A stretch of 64,000 nt of DNA from Candidatus Komeilibacteria bacterium (GTDB lineage: Bacteria > Patescibacteriota > Patescibacteriia > UBA1558 > 2-01-FULL-52-15). Shown piece by piece: positions 49,090-57,588 of this stretch; positions within the stretch are counted from its first letter, which is position 1, and each line of letters begins with the position of its first letter. The notes beneath the pieces were generated by a model. The model was given only the letters and a program-made list of their open reading frames with translations, had not been told where the DNA came from and made no database searches. Made by a program: the position numbers and the translations under genes. The stretch lies in contig JAZDLR010000021.1 in the NCBI GenBank assembly GCA_043801745.1, positions 6,018 to 70,017 on the forward strand, given 5' to 3'.

Positions 49090-49947
49090 CTAGTTGCCCG
49101 GTTTCGGAGTCATACAGTTGATGGCCTCGATGTCGTCGAGGAACCGGTTGAGGAGTCTCACCTTTTCCTCCATCCGCTTGTGCGCCTGGAACCAGTTCGG
49201 CCACTTGGCATTGATCTGAATTTCAGCGGTGTCGAGATCTTCAGCTAGGGCAGCGATCGCGGCGTTCTTGGCGCCGGCCCGCTTCAGCTGATCGGTCATG
49301 CTGGCAACTTTACTCAGATCAGCCAACAGGCCCTGACATTCCATCTGGCTGCACTGAAAATCGGTTCTGGTCGTTCCCAGCTGCAGCTGCAGGTCTTCTA
49401 GCTGAGCCAGGAGACCCTGTTTGTCTTTCCAGGAAGCAACCTGCTGCCGGAACTCGTCGGCCGTGATGATGCCGGCCGCGTAGCGGCAGATCAAATTTCC
49501 ATTGACCTGGCCGTGCAGGTTGGCATCTTCCTTCTCCGCCTCGGTGTAGAGCGCGCGGGTCGTGAAGAGATCCTTGCCGATCTGGATTTCCAGATGGCCG
49601 TATCTGACGATCTGGAGTAGACGGTCAGCAGCCGGGACCCAGCCCCGGTCCAGGTTGATGCTGAACTCCATCTCAGAAGCTTCAACCGGAGCAATGAAAT
49701 TGTAGCGGTAAGAAGATGTGTTCTTGCCCGAACCTTCGGACACAATCACCTCGAAGGCAACCAGATGGTCACAGTTTTCCGTCGGCCGAGCAATGGTGAA
49801 GCTGTTGATCTCTTCAGTTCCAGGTTGAGCGCTGCAATTGCAGCTGGAACCGGAGAACCTCAGACGATAACTCTTCTTGGTCACCAGCTGAAGAACGTCC
49901 GTCGTTGAGGGTGACCTTTCGATAACCACCACTTCATTGGCTTTCAT
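49090..49947 (-). CDS. Hypothetical protein (GC about 55%, foreign-looking), C-terminal coiled-coil-like region
   Basis: 285-aa ORF with RBS AAAAAGGAGTACGGCC-ATG and a long 5'UTR from a strong promoter. No recognisable family. Confidence 0.5.
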   Translation of the reverse strand: MKANEVVVIERSPSTTDVLQLVTKKSYRLRFSGSSCNCSAQPGTEEINSFTIARPTENCDHLVAFEVIVSEGSGKNTSSYRYNFIAPVEASEMEFSINLDRGWVPAADRLLQIVRYGHLEIQIGKDLFTTRALYTEAEKEDANLHGQVNGNLICRYAAGIITADEFRQQVASWKDKQGLLAQLEDLQLQLGTTRTDFQCSQMECQGLLADLSKVASMTDQLKRAGAKNAAIAALAEDLDTAEIQINAKWPNWFQAHKRMEEKVRLLNRFLDDIEAINCMTPKPGN

Positions 49948-50069
49948 GGCCGTACTCCTTTTTTGTCCCCGTAGGGGAGCTTTGGAAGGTACTGGCGACA
50001 GTGCGAAGCAGCTGTCTGAACGGCTATGGCCCGCCGTCTTACAGGGCTCCTCCTAGTTGAGGATTTTGC

Positions 50070-50098
50070 AGTATACTATATAGTTAAATATTTGTCAA
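50070..50098 (-). promoter_or_regulatory. Strong sigma70 promoter (TTGACA-17-TATACT) for the GC-rich ORF 49090-49947
   Basis: Minus strand: gTTGACAaatatttaactatatagTATACTgc. Confidence 0.55.
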
Positions 50099-50198
50099 CC
50101 CCGTTAGATATAATTAAGTTTAATTGAGAAAAACAAGGTTTTGTATGATTTTTCGCTTACTTACCTAATGCATGAAAAACATATATCTAACGGGGTCA
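50092..50198. repeat. 16-bp perfect inverted repeat ACCCCGTTAGATAT...ATATCTAACGGGGT bracketing 69 bp; left arm overlaps the -35 box
   Basis: Arms at 50094-50111 and 50181-50198. Same half-site as 5654, 8452 and 55504. Confidence 0.4.
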
Positions 50199-50417
50199 AT
50201 GTTTTAAATTTAGCTCTTGCGGAAGCCTAAAATATCTGCTATTCTATTGCGGTCATTGATTTTCTCAATGATGACAATCCTTTTCACTCCCTCGACAAGC
50301 TCGGGGCTAAGGCGAGCAAGGACACAAACCTATCAATTAAGCCTTCTAGGCAATTCTGCCCCGTCAAAGGGGTCGCCCAGAAGTAGATAGGACTTATTAT
50401 TTAAAGAAGAAAACAAT

Positions 50418-51179
50418 ATGGTTACTATACCAACGGCTTTGGAGATGCTGAAGTCCGGTGTCCATTTCGGCCATCAGACCCAGAAGCGTCATCCTAAAAT
50501 GAAGCCTTTTATTTTTACCAAACGTAACAACGTCTCCATTATTGATCTGGAGAGCACACGTGTTAAGTTAGAGGAAGCTCTGGACTTTGTGCGGCAGATC
50601 AGCGCTAACGGCGGCGTTATTTTATTTGTTGGTACCAAGAAACAGGCCCGGTCAGCTGTCAGGAAAGCGGCGGAAAGTTGTAAGTCACCGTTTATTATTG
50701 TGCGTTGGATCGGCGGCATGTTTACCAACTATGATAATATTTCCCGTTTGTTCACTAAATTAAAAAGTTTAGAAAGCGGTCAGACCACCGGTGAATGGAA
50801 AAAGTATACTAAAAAAGAACAAGTTTCTTTGGCCAAAGAAATGAAAAAGTTGGACGAATTTGTCGGCGGTGTCAAAGATATGAATAAATTACCCAAGGCA
50901 ATATTTGTGGTGGATATTAAGAAAGAAGAAACCGCCGTGGCTGAAGCCAACAAGCGCGGCATCCCGATCATTGCCATGACCGACACTAATGTTAATCCGG
51001 AGCTGGTTCAGTATCCGATCCCGGCCAACGATGACGCGGTAAAATCCATTGAAATGATCTCCGGTTTAATTGCCGCAGCTATCCAAGAAGGTCAGGCTAA
51101 TCCGGCCCGCCTGGAACCGAAAGCCGAGGTTAAGACTGAAAGTCAGCCTGTGGCTAAAGTAGCCCAAGAAGTTAAATAA
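50418..51179 (+). CDS. rpsB: 30S ribosomal protein S2
   Basis: 'LEMLKSGVHFGHQTQKRHPKMKPFIF'. Confidence 0.9.
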   Translation: MVTIPTALEMLKSGVHFGHQTQKRHPKMKPFIFTKRNNVSIIDLESTRVKLEEALDFVRQISANGGVILFVGTKKQARSAVRKAAESCKSPFIIVRWIGGMFTNYDNISRLFTKLKSLESGQTTGEWKKYTKKEQVSLAKEMKKLDEFVGGVKDMNKLPKAIFVVDIKKEETAVAEANKRGIPIIAMTDTNVNPELVQYPIPANDDAVKSIEMISGLIAAAIQEGQANPARLEPKAEVKTESQPVAKVAQEVK

Positions 51180-51199
51180 TTATTTTAAGCAAAACAAAT

Positions 51200-51973
51200 A
51201 TGTCTTTAGAATTGATCAAAAAAATTCGCACTCTGACCGGCGCCGGTATGATGGATGTGCAGAAAGCTTTGGCTGAAGCCGGCAATGATGAACAGAAAGC
51301 TATTGATTTATTGCGTGAGCGCGGACAGAAAATGGCGGCCAAACGTTCTGACCGTGAGACCAAAGAAGGCGTTATTGCTCTGGCCAAAGGTCAGGGGAAG
51401 CTAGCTTGGGCCTATTTAACTTGCGAAACTGATTTCGTGGCGCTGAACGCTGATTTTATTCAGGCAGTACAGGATTTCGCTGACCAGGCTCTAAGTCAGG
51501 GTGCTGATAGTGTGAATGCTAACGCGCCGGAAAAGGTTAACAAAGAATTGATTTTGAAAATTGGCGAGAACATTCAGTTTGGTGGCGTTGCCAGTTTCAG
51601 TGGCGCTGTTATCGGTTCCTATCTGCACGGCAACCGCAAAGTAGCCGCAGTTGTTATTTTAGAATTCGGCAGTCAGGAAGTGGCTAATGATATTGCTATG
51701 CAGGCAGCGGCTATGCGCCCCGATTATCTGCAGCCTGCCGATGTGCCAGCTGATATAGTTGCCAAAGAGAAAGAAGTCTATCGTAAGCAATTGGAAACTG
51801 AAGGTAAACCAGCGGCCATGATTGAGAAAATTTTGCCCGGTAAATTGGATAAATATTATTCTGAAGTTTGTCTGATTAAGCAAAAGTTTATTAAGGATGA
51901 TAAGCTGACTGTCGAGCAGTACTTGCAGAATAACCAGGCTGCCATTGTTTCTTTCAAATATCTGGCGTTGTAA
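51200..51973 (+). CDS. tsf: Elongation factor Ts
   Basis: UBA-like N-terminus 'IKKIRTLTGAGMMDVQKALAEAGNDEQKAIDLLRE'. Follows rpsB. Confidence 0.9.
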   Translation: MSLELIKKIRTLTGAGMMDVQKALAEAGNDEQKAIDLLRERGQKMAAKRSDRETKEGVIALAKGQGKLAWAYLTCETDFVALNADFIQAVQDFADQALSQGADSVNANAPEKVNKELILKIGENIQFGGVASFSGAVIGSYLHGNRKVAAVVILEFGSQEVANDIAMQAAAMRPDYLQPADVPADIVAKEKEVYRKQLETEGKPAAMIEKILPGKLDKYYSEVCLIKQKFIKDDKLTVEQYLQNNQAAIVSFKYLAL

Positions 51974-52077
51974 ACGGAATAAGCTCAGTAATTTAGGCTC
52001 CTCATCAATCAATGATTGGTGGGGAGTTTTGTAAATTTTACTAACTATCGGATATTATGGATAAAATTCGGTTTTAC

Positions 52078-52215
52078 CGCTCGCCGCTAGGGCATTACTT
52101 TTGTGACCAAAAGTAATCAAAAGTCTTGGGGTCGCCTAGACTCGCCTTCGGTCTATTGATCCTTATCTTTCTTTTCTTGGGCTCAAACAAGTAGGCGACC
52201 CCAAACCCCAAGAGT
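52078..52215. repeat. Repeat family D copy 2
   Basis: CATTACTTTTGTGACCAAAAGTAATCAAAAGTCTTGGGGTCGCCTA...TAGGCGACCCCAAACCCC, homologous to 48815-48950. Confidence 0.45.
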
Positions 52216-52328
52216 GATTTTGATATTTAAATTGGGTTATTTTTCAATGCTGCTGCAGGTATCAGCAACAGGACCCCCTCGTGAATTAAACTGCGTTGGG
52301 TTTTGTCAGGGCAAAAAAAGCCTCAATG

Positions 52329-52337
52329 TGCTATACT
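52329..52337 (+). promoter_or_regulatory. Extended -10 promoter element TGCTATACT upstream of gap
   Basis: Same 9-mer as the gyrB promoter, 30 nt upstream of the ATG. Confidence 0.4.
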
Positions 52338-52366
52338 ATTTCTAGTATTATTATTAATTTACACCT

Positions 52367-53377
52367 ATGCCCGCAGCAGCTAAAAAAGTCCGCGTTGCTA
52401 TTAACGGCTTTGGCCGTATTGGCCGGGCGGCTTTCAAAATCGCTTTGACCAATAAGCGTTACCGGATTGTGGCGATTAATGATTTAACTGACGCTCTAAC
52501 CCTGGCTCATTTATTGCAGAATGACACTGTTTACGGACGTTATGATAAAAAAGTTTCAGCCAGCGGCAGTAACTTGATAGTAGATAAGAAATCTTATCCG
52601 GTTATTGCCCAGCCCGATCCGACAAAATTGCCCTGGAAAAAATATCAGGTAGACGTGGTGCTGGAATGTACCGGCCGGTTTGTTGACGGTGATAAAGCTA
52701 AGGCTCATCTGAAAGCCGGTGCCAAGCGGGTAATTCTTTCTGCTCCGGCCAAAGGCGGAGGAGTGCAGACTTATTTGCTGGGAGTTAACGCTCATCACTA
52801 TAAAGGTGAAGCTATCATTTCTAATGCTTCTTGCACTACGAACTGCATCGCGCCGGTCGCTCAGGTGATGGAATCGGTGTTCGGTGTGGAGAAAGCTATG
52901 ATGACCACGATTCATTCTTACACCGCTGATCAAAATTTAATGGACGGTCCGCATAAAGATCAACGCCGGGCCCGGGCAGCTGGCGTGAACATTGTCCCGA
53001 CCACGACCGGCGCGGCCCTGGCCATGGGCGAAGTTATTCCGGAGTTGCAGGGAATCTTTGATGGTTTGGCCATCCGCGTGCCAACCATTTGCGGCTCGCT
53101 GTCGGATTTCACTTTTTTACTAAAGAAAAATGTGACGGTTAAGCAGGTTAATGACGCTTTGATTAAAGCCAGCAAGTCGCCGCGGATGCGGGGTATTTTG
53201 ATGTGTACTGATGAACCTTTGGTTTCCACGGACATTATCGGCAATCCCTATTCTTCGATTGTTGATCTGTCATTAACTAAGGTAGTGGACGGCAATTTGG
53301 TGAAAGTTATTGCCTGGTATGATAATGAATACGGTTACTCGCGGCGTTTGGTGGAAATGATTGATTCAATTATGTAA
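52367..53377 (+). CDS. gap: Glyceraldehyde-3-phosphate dehydrogenase
   Basis: 'VAINGFGRIGR', active site 'SNASCTTNCIAP'. Confidence 0.9.
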   Translation: MPAAAKKVRVAINGFGRIGRAAFKIALTNKRYRIVAINDLTDALTLAHLLQNDTVYGRYDKKVSASGSNLIVDKKSYPVIAQPDPTKLPWKKYQVDVVLECTGRFVDGDKAKAHLKAGAKRVILSAPAKGGGVQTYLLGVNAHHYKGEAIISNASCTTNCIAPVAQVMESVFGVEKAMMTTIHSYTADQNLMDGPHKDQRRARAAGVNIVPTTTGAALAMGEVIPELQGIFDGLAIRVPTICGSLSDFTFLLKKNVTVKQVNDALIKASKSPRMRGILMCTDEPLVSTDIIGNPYSSIVDLSLTKVVDGNLVKVIAWYDNEYGYSRRLVEMIDSIM

Positions 53378-53379
53378 TC

Positions 53380-53745
53380 ATGTCAGTAGAAATCCCTGAT
53401 CCTAATAATGAATTAGCTTTTGGTCCAGGCGATCGTGTGGAGGATTTTGATTTTCACCCCGACCATGAAGGTAAATATGATTTTGCTGAAGCATTGGAAC
53501 TGAGTGAGGATTTCGTTGACTTATGTCTAGTGTTCCGGGAGCAGGATACAATTAAGTCTGCCTCTGGCTCTGATGTTTCGGTTGATGATACTGTGCGTTT
53601 ACTTGAGCAGATTGCCGCCAAGGCCAAGGAGGAGATATCCGTTCGCAATGAGCAAGAGTTGCACGCTCTGATCTTACAGCTGCCCAATGTCGTGGGTTTA
53701 TTTGACAAAGTTATCAAGTTGTTGAATCCTGAAGGTAAGAATTAA
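53380..53745 (+). CDS. Hypothetical acidic protein
   Basis: 121-aa ORF, start overlapping the gap stop. Confidence 0.35.
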   Translation: MSVEIPDPNNELAFGPGDRVEDFDFHPDHEGKYDFAEALELSEDFVDLCLVFREQDTIKSASGSDVSVDDTVRLLEQIAAKAKEEISVRNEQELHALILQLPNVVGLFDKVIKLLNPEGKN

Positions 53746-53757
53746 CTTTTTGTCGCC

Positions 53758-54963
53758 ATGAAACTCTATAATAGCCTGACGCGAGTTAAGGAGGATTTCC
53801 TGCCCTTAGTGCCTGGTCAGGTGGGTTTGTATACTTGCGGACCCACTGTTTATGACTATCAGCACATTGGCAATTTACGCGCTTATATTACCTGGGACGT
53901 GCTTAAGCGGCTGTTAACCCATCATGGCTTAGCCGTCACGCATATTATGAATATTACCGATGTCGGTCATCTGACTTCGGATAATGACAGCGGCGAAGAT
54001 AAGTTGGAGGTGGCCAAACTGCGCGACCGTAAGAGCGCCTGGGATGTGGCCTTGGATTATACCCAAATTTTTAAAGACGATTTAGCGGCTGTCAATGTTC
54101 TGTCGCCGACTCATTTTGTGCCGGCTACGGAAACGATCACCGAGCAGATTGCGCTGGCGCTGAAATTAGACGCGGCCGGCTTTCTTTACCGCACCAGCGA
54201 TGGCATGTATTTTGATACCAGCAAATTGGCTGACTACGGTAAACTGGCGCAGATAAATAAAGTGGATTTACTGGCTGGCGCGCGTGTGGAAATGAATCCG
54301 GAAAAGAAAAATGTCAGTGATTTTGCCGTTTGGAAATTTAGTCCCAAGAAAAGCCAGCGCGATATGGAGTGGAACAGTCCCTGGGGCAAGGGTTTCCCGG
54401 GTTGGCATTTGGAATGTTCGGCTATCAGCATGTTGTATTTAGGTGAGACTTTTGATATTCATACCGGCGGTATTGATCATCTGACCGTGCATCATCCTAA
54501 TGAAATGGCGCAGTCAGAGGCGGTTACCGGTAAGCCGCTGGCCAAATATTGGCTGCATAATGCTTTCTTAAATTTCGGTGAAGATAAAATGTCTAAATCC
54601 AAGGGTACTTTCGTGACTTTGGATGATCTGCGGGAAAAAGGTATTCCGCCGCTGGCTTACCGTTTTTTCCTGCTGCAAACTCATTACCGTAAAGTTGTAC
54701 AGTTTTCTTGGGACGCTCTGGAAGCAGCCAAGACCGGTCTGATTAACTTAGGCCAGCAGATTGTCTATTTTCCCGATGCCTCAGGTTCCTGTCAGGAATA
54801 TGATCAGCAATTCTTGGAAGCCATAGATAATGATTTGGCTACGCCTCAGGCCCTGGCCGTAATGATGGAAATGTTAGGCTCGCGTTTGCCTTCAGCGCAG
54901 AAGATGGGCAGTTTGGAAATGATGGAAAGTATTTTAGATTTAGGCTTACTGGAAGAGCGCTAG
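53758..54963 (+). CDS. cysS: Cysteine--tRNA ligase, catalytic and DALR region, ending at an in-frame TAG
   Basis: 'LYTCGPTVYDYQHIGNLRAYITWDV' (HIGH), 'KMSKSKGT'. Only 401 aa. The in-frame TAG lies at 54961-54963. Confidence 0.8.
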   Translation: MKLYNSLTRVKEDFLPLVPGQVGLYTCGPTVYDYQHIGNLRAYITWDVLKRLLTHHGLAVTHIMNITDVGHLTSDNDSGEDKLEVAKLRDRKSAWDVALDYTQIFKDDLAAVNVLSPTHFVPATETITEQIALALKLDAAGFLYRTSDGMYFDTSKLADYGKLAQINKVDLLAGARVEMNPEKKNVSDFAVWKFSPKKSQRDMEWNSPWGKGFPGWHLECSAISMLYLGETFDIHTGGIDHLTVHHPNEMAQSEAVTGKPLAKYWLHNAFLNFGEDKMSKSKGTFVTLDDLREKGIPPLAYRFFLLQTHYRKVVQFSWDALEAAKTGLINLGQQIVYFPDASGSCQEYDQQFLEAIDNDLATPQALAVMMEMLGSRLPSAQKMGSLEMMESILDLGLLEER

Positions 54964-55131
54964 CGCCGCCGGCAAATTCCGCAGATTGCTTATCCTTTGC
55001 TTAATGAGCGCACTAAGGCGCGTGAGGAAAAGAATTGGAAACGTTCGGACCGTTTGCGTGAAGAACTGTCCAAGTTAGGAATTGAAGTAAAAGATACCGG
55101 CGATGGTCAGCAGGCCGTGATGAGGCACTAG
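54964..55131 (+). pseudogene. cysS: In-frame continuation of cysS after the TAG encoding the conserved CysRS C-terminal anticodon-binding helices (...ERTKAREEKNWKRSDRLREELSKLGIEVKDTGDGQQAV)
   Basis: 56 codons in the same frame as cysS. The motif pattern matches canonical CysRS C-termini (ARKAKDW..AD.IRDEL...GI.LEDT..G). Confidence 0.5.
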
Positions 55132-55174
55132 GGAAATTCAAAATTTAAAATTCAAAAAGCAAAATCAAAGGTAT

Positions 55175-55615
55175 ATGGAAATTGGATTAATTGTCCATGT
55201 TTTAATTTTAAATACTGAGGGTAAGCTTTTAGTTTTGCGCCGGCAGAAGAATGATAATGTTTTACCGGGTTATTGGGATATACCCGGCGGAACTTTAGAA
55301 GTAGGGGAGGATCCGGCAGTTGGCGCAGCGCGTGAGGCGCGTGAGGAATGCGGTTTGGAAGTTGAGCATCTGCGGATCGTACATTTTACTTCTAATATTG
55401 ACCAAGAGAAGAATAAACAGTTTGTCCGGTTAATTTTTCAGGCCCGCGCTAAAACCGATAATATTAAGCTTAATCCGGAGGAGCATGATCATTACCGTTG
55501 GATTGACCCCGTTAGAGAGGAAATCTCTAACGGGGTTGATCTTGCACATCCCGACGACCTAAAATATGTTGATTATTTGAAGGGGTGTTTTGGGTTGTTG
55601 ATTGCCAGGAGTTGA
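55175..55615 (+). CDS. NUDIX hydrolase
   Basis: Nudix box '[26 protein letters not shown]'. The 3' end contains the CCCCGTTAGAG-N7-CTCTAACGGGG palindrome. Confidence 0.7.
   Translation: MEIGLIVHVLILNTEGKLLVLRRQKNDNVLPGYWDIPGGTLEVGEDPAVGAAREAREECGLEVEHLRIVHFTSNIDQEKNKQFVRLIFQARAKTDNIKLNPEEHDHYRWIDPVREEISNGVDLAHPDDLKYVDYLKGCFGLLIARS
55504..55539. repeat. Perfect 11-bp inverted repeat ACCCCGTTAGAG-aggaaat-CTCTAACGGGGT embedded in-frame in the NUDIX CDS (encodes [12 protein letters not shown])
   Basis: Same half-site as the intergenic palindromes at 5654, 8452 and 50094. Followed by TTGATC-18-TAAAAT. Confidence 0.45.
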
Positions 55616-55686
55616 TTTAGTTTTGGCGAATAGGCCAGAGTTATTTTTAAAAGCTCCATCTGTAATGTTTCTGGTAGAAATTTAGT

Positions 55687-56235
55687 TTAAGATTTACACC
55701 ACTGAGACCAATCATTATAACTGGCAACCCTTCGATGATCACGACCGACTTTATATTCTGCGCTAAAGGCATCAAAAGGAATGAATTTGTTCTTTCCTGG
55801 CAGATAAACCTCAATCCAGGCATGACTGCGCCAGACACCGTTTCTCTTTAATTTTCCGTCAATAAGTTTCGTTGGTAAGCCAAGGTAACGAAGCACCAGA
55901 GCACTGACGCTGGCGATGCTGCCACAAGTACGTAGTCGCCGCCGGAGTATGACCGATACCGGTAGACAGCGCGACTCACTCTTTTTTTGAGTTGTGGAGG
56001 TGTGATATTTGGCGGGATTAAAATAGTTTCGAATATCGGTGATAATTTTAAAAATGAGCTTATCGCTTACTTGATAATTCTTATAGTTAGAAAAGTTTCG
56101 TAAAAATGAAATTGGGTAGTCGGAGCAATAAGGGCCATTAGTTAAATATTTCGAGGGTGAGGTCAAAATATTATTGCTATTTTGAATTAATAATTTTTTC
56201 TCTTTCTTCGTGCTCGAGATGTTTTGTTTCTTCAT
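55687..56235 (-). CDS. Transglutaminase-like cysteine protease-fold protein
   Basis: Cys in 'LRTCGSIASV', His in 'RSHAWIEVYLP', Asp in 'IPFDAF', with core spacing. Last gene of the candidate RiPP operon. Confidence 0.5.
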   Translation of the reverse strand: MKKQNISSTKKEKKLLIQNSNNILTSPSKYLTNGPYCSDYPISFLRNFSNYKNYQVSDKLIFKIITDIRNYFNPAKYHTSTTQKKSESRCLPVSVILRRRLRTCGSIASVSALVLRYLGLPTKLIDGKLKRNGVWRSHAWIEVYLPGKNKFIPFDAFSAEYKVGRDHRRVASYNDWSQWCKS

Positions 56236-56548
56236 AATATATTAGGTGCTTAATTTCATGATCAATAACTTTGTTGAAACCACCGGCATTTTCAATTTCC
56301 CAAGGGCAGATAAAAATTTTATTAGGAGGAGTAAAGGCTCCCCAGGTGCCACAGTGTACCCAATAACAAATAATATCTCGATCGGAAAAGAGTTCGATTT
56401 TGGGTCTCTTGAACCACAGCAATAACATTCTAAAGATATTTGGATAGAAAACTACGAGTTTTTTTTGTTTAAGCCACTTAAGATTGCTTAAAGTTCTATA
56501 ACTCCAGCGTAAGTCTTCAATTAGGCTATATTTATAGGCAATCATCAA
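56177..56548 (-). CDS. Small HExxH-motif protein (putative zinc metallopeptidase-like)
   Basis: 'VIDHEIKHLIYYEETKH'. 123 aa. Overlaps the next gene by 59 nt, so the true start is uncertain. Confidence 0.35.
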   Translation of the reverse strand: MMIAYKYSLIEDLRWSYRTLSNLKWLKQKKLVVFYPNIFRMLLLWFKRPKIELFSDRDIICYWVHCGTWGAFTPPNKIFICPWEIENAGGFNKVIDHEIKHLIYYEETKHLEHEEREKIINSK

Positions 56549-56698
56549 GAATAATTTCTAAGATAGTGTGTTTAGAAACAACGATAAAGCATTTACTAAT
56601 TGAGGTAAATTTTGTCCGTTTATAGTCTCGTTCGTGGACAATCGGCGTAGTAGAGACCGTTGATTATGTATTTTGAGTACACGGGTGTCTGGCACGTC

Positions 56699-57409
56699 TT
56701 AAATATTATTCAAATATTCTTCTGATAGTTTATCAAAGGTCGTGATAATATCGCGATTTACTTTCCAGCTATCAATCACTAATTGACGTAGTTTCTCATG
56801 ACCCAGATAGCCAATTTCAGGACGTTCAATTAAATCGCTCAATTCTAAATTAAGTAATTCAGTCAAGGACTCTTTGATATCGTACCTCTTCTTTTCCTCC
56901 ATTTCACGTAATTTTTTGTCAAAAACGTGATAAGTGTAAAAATGAAGTAGCTCGTGGCAAATTATTCTTAGTGGCTCATTACTATAAGCCGTGACAAAAA
57001 AATAATTTTGACCTAAACCGCATCTATCATTTGTTGTCAAATAGGCGGTCAATTCTTGTTGCGGGTAATCGTAATTGAAAATTTTATCCAGGCGGGTTTT
57101 AACGTTATTTTCAACTGGTAGCCATAATGTCTGGATGTCAAGTAATTTTTGTCGAAGATCAAATTTATTATATTTGACGAAGCCTTCGATAAATTTTGTC
57201 AAATTATTATCGCTAAAATCATATGCAAATTTTTTAGTAAAAAACGCCAAAACCTTTGAATCGCCGCCTTTATATTTGGTATTGGCAATTATTTTATAGT
57301 TTTCTATATCTTTTTCTAGATCATACTTTATATTTAGCAGCATAATGAATATTGTTAATAAATAGTTGAGGCCCACCTTTAGGGTAGGCCTCAATGGATT
57401 ACTAGTCAA
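56699..57409 (-). CDS. HExxH-motif protein (putative metallopeptidase-like), possibly membrane-anchored
   Basis: 'LRIICHELLHFYTYHV' with a downstream Glu. N-terminal hydrophobic segment. Confidence 0.4.
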   Translation of the reverse strand: MTSNPLRPTLKVGLNYLLTIFIMLLNIKYDLEKDIENYKIIANTKYKGGDSKVLAFFTKKFAYDFSDNNLTKFIEGFVKYNKFDLRQKLLDIQTLWLPVENNVKTRLDKIFNYDYPQQELTAYLTTNDRCGLGQNYFFVTAYSNEPLRIICHELLHFYTYHVFDKKLREMEEKKRYDIKESLTELLNLELSDLIERPEIGYLGHEKLRQLVIDSWKVNRDIITTFDKLSEEYLNNI

Positions 57410-57420
57410 CGTGATGTCAA

Positions 57421-57588
57421 CTAGTCCTGATCACATGACACGCAGTTGGTGCCACCGCTTCCGCTGCTACCGCCGTCTGAGCAGTCACAGTTGTAGCAGT
57501 TGTCAACGATGACGAGCGGTAACATTTGCATGGCTGGAAAGTCTTCCCTTGCTTCCAGCATGGCTTTTATGTCGAACTCCTCATTCAT
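57421..57588 (-). CDS. Candidate RiPP precursor peptide (55 aa): MNEEFDIKAMLEAREDFPAMQMLPLVIVDN-CYNCDCSDGGSSGSGGTNCVSCDQD
   Basis: RBS AGGAGGACGGTT-ATG. The ATG overlaps the radical-SAM stop in ATGAATGA (translational coupling). The C-terminal core has 5 Cys plus many Asp/Ser/Thr/Gly. Confidence 0.55.
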   Translation of the reverse strand: MNEEFDIKAMLEAREDFPAMQMLPLVIVDNCYNCDCSDGGSSGSGGTNCVSCDQD

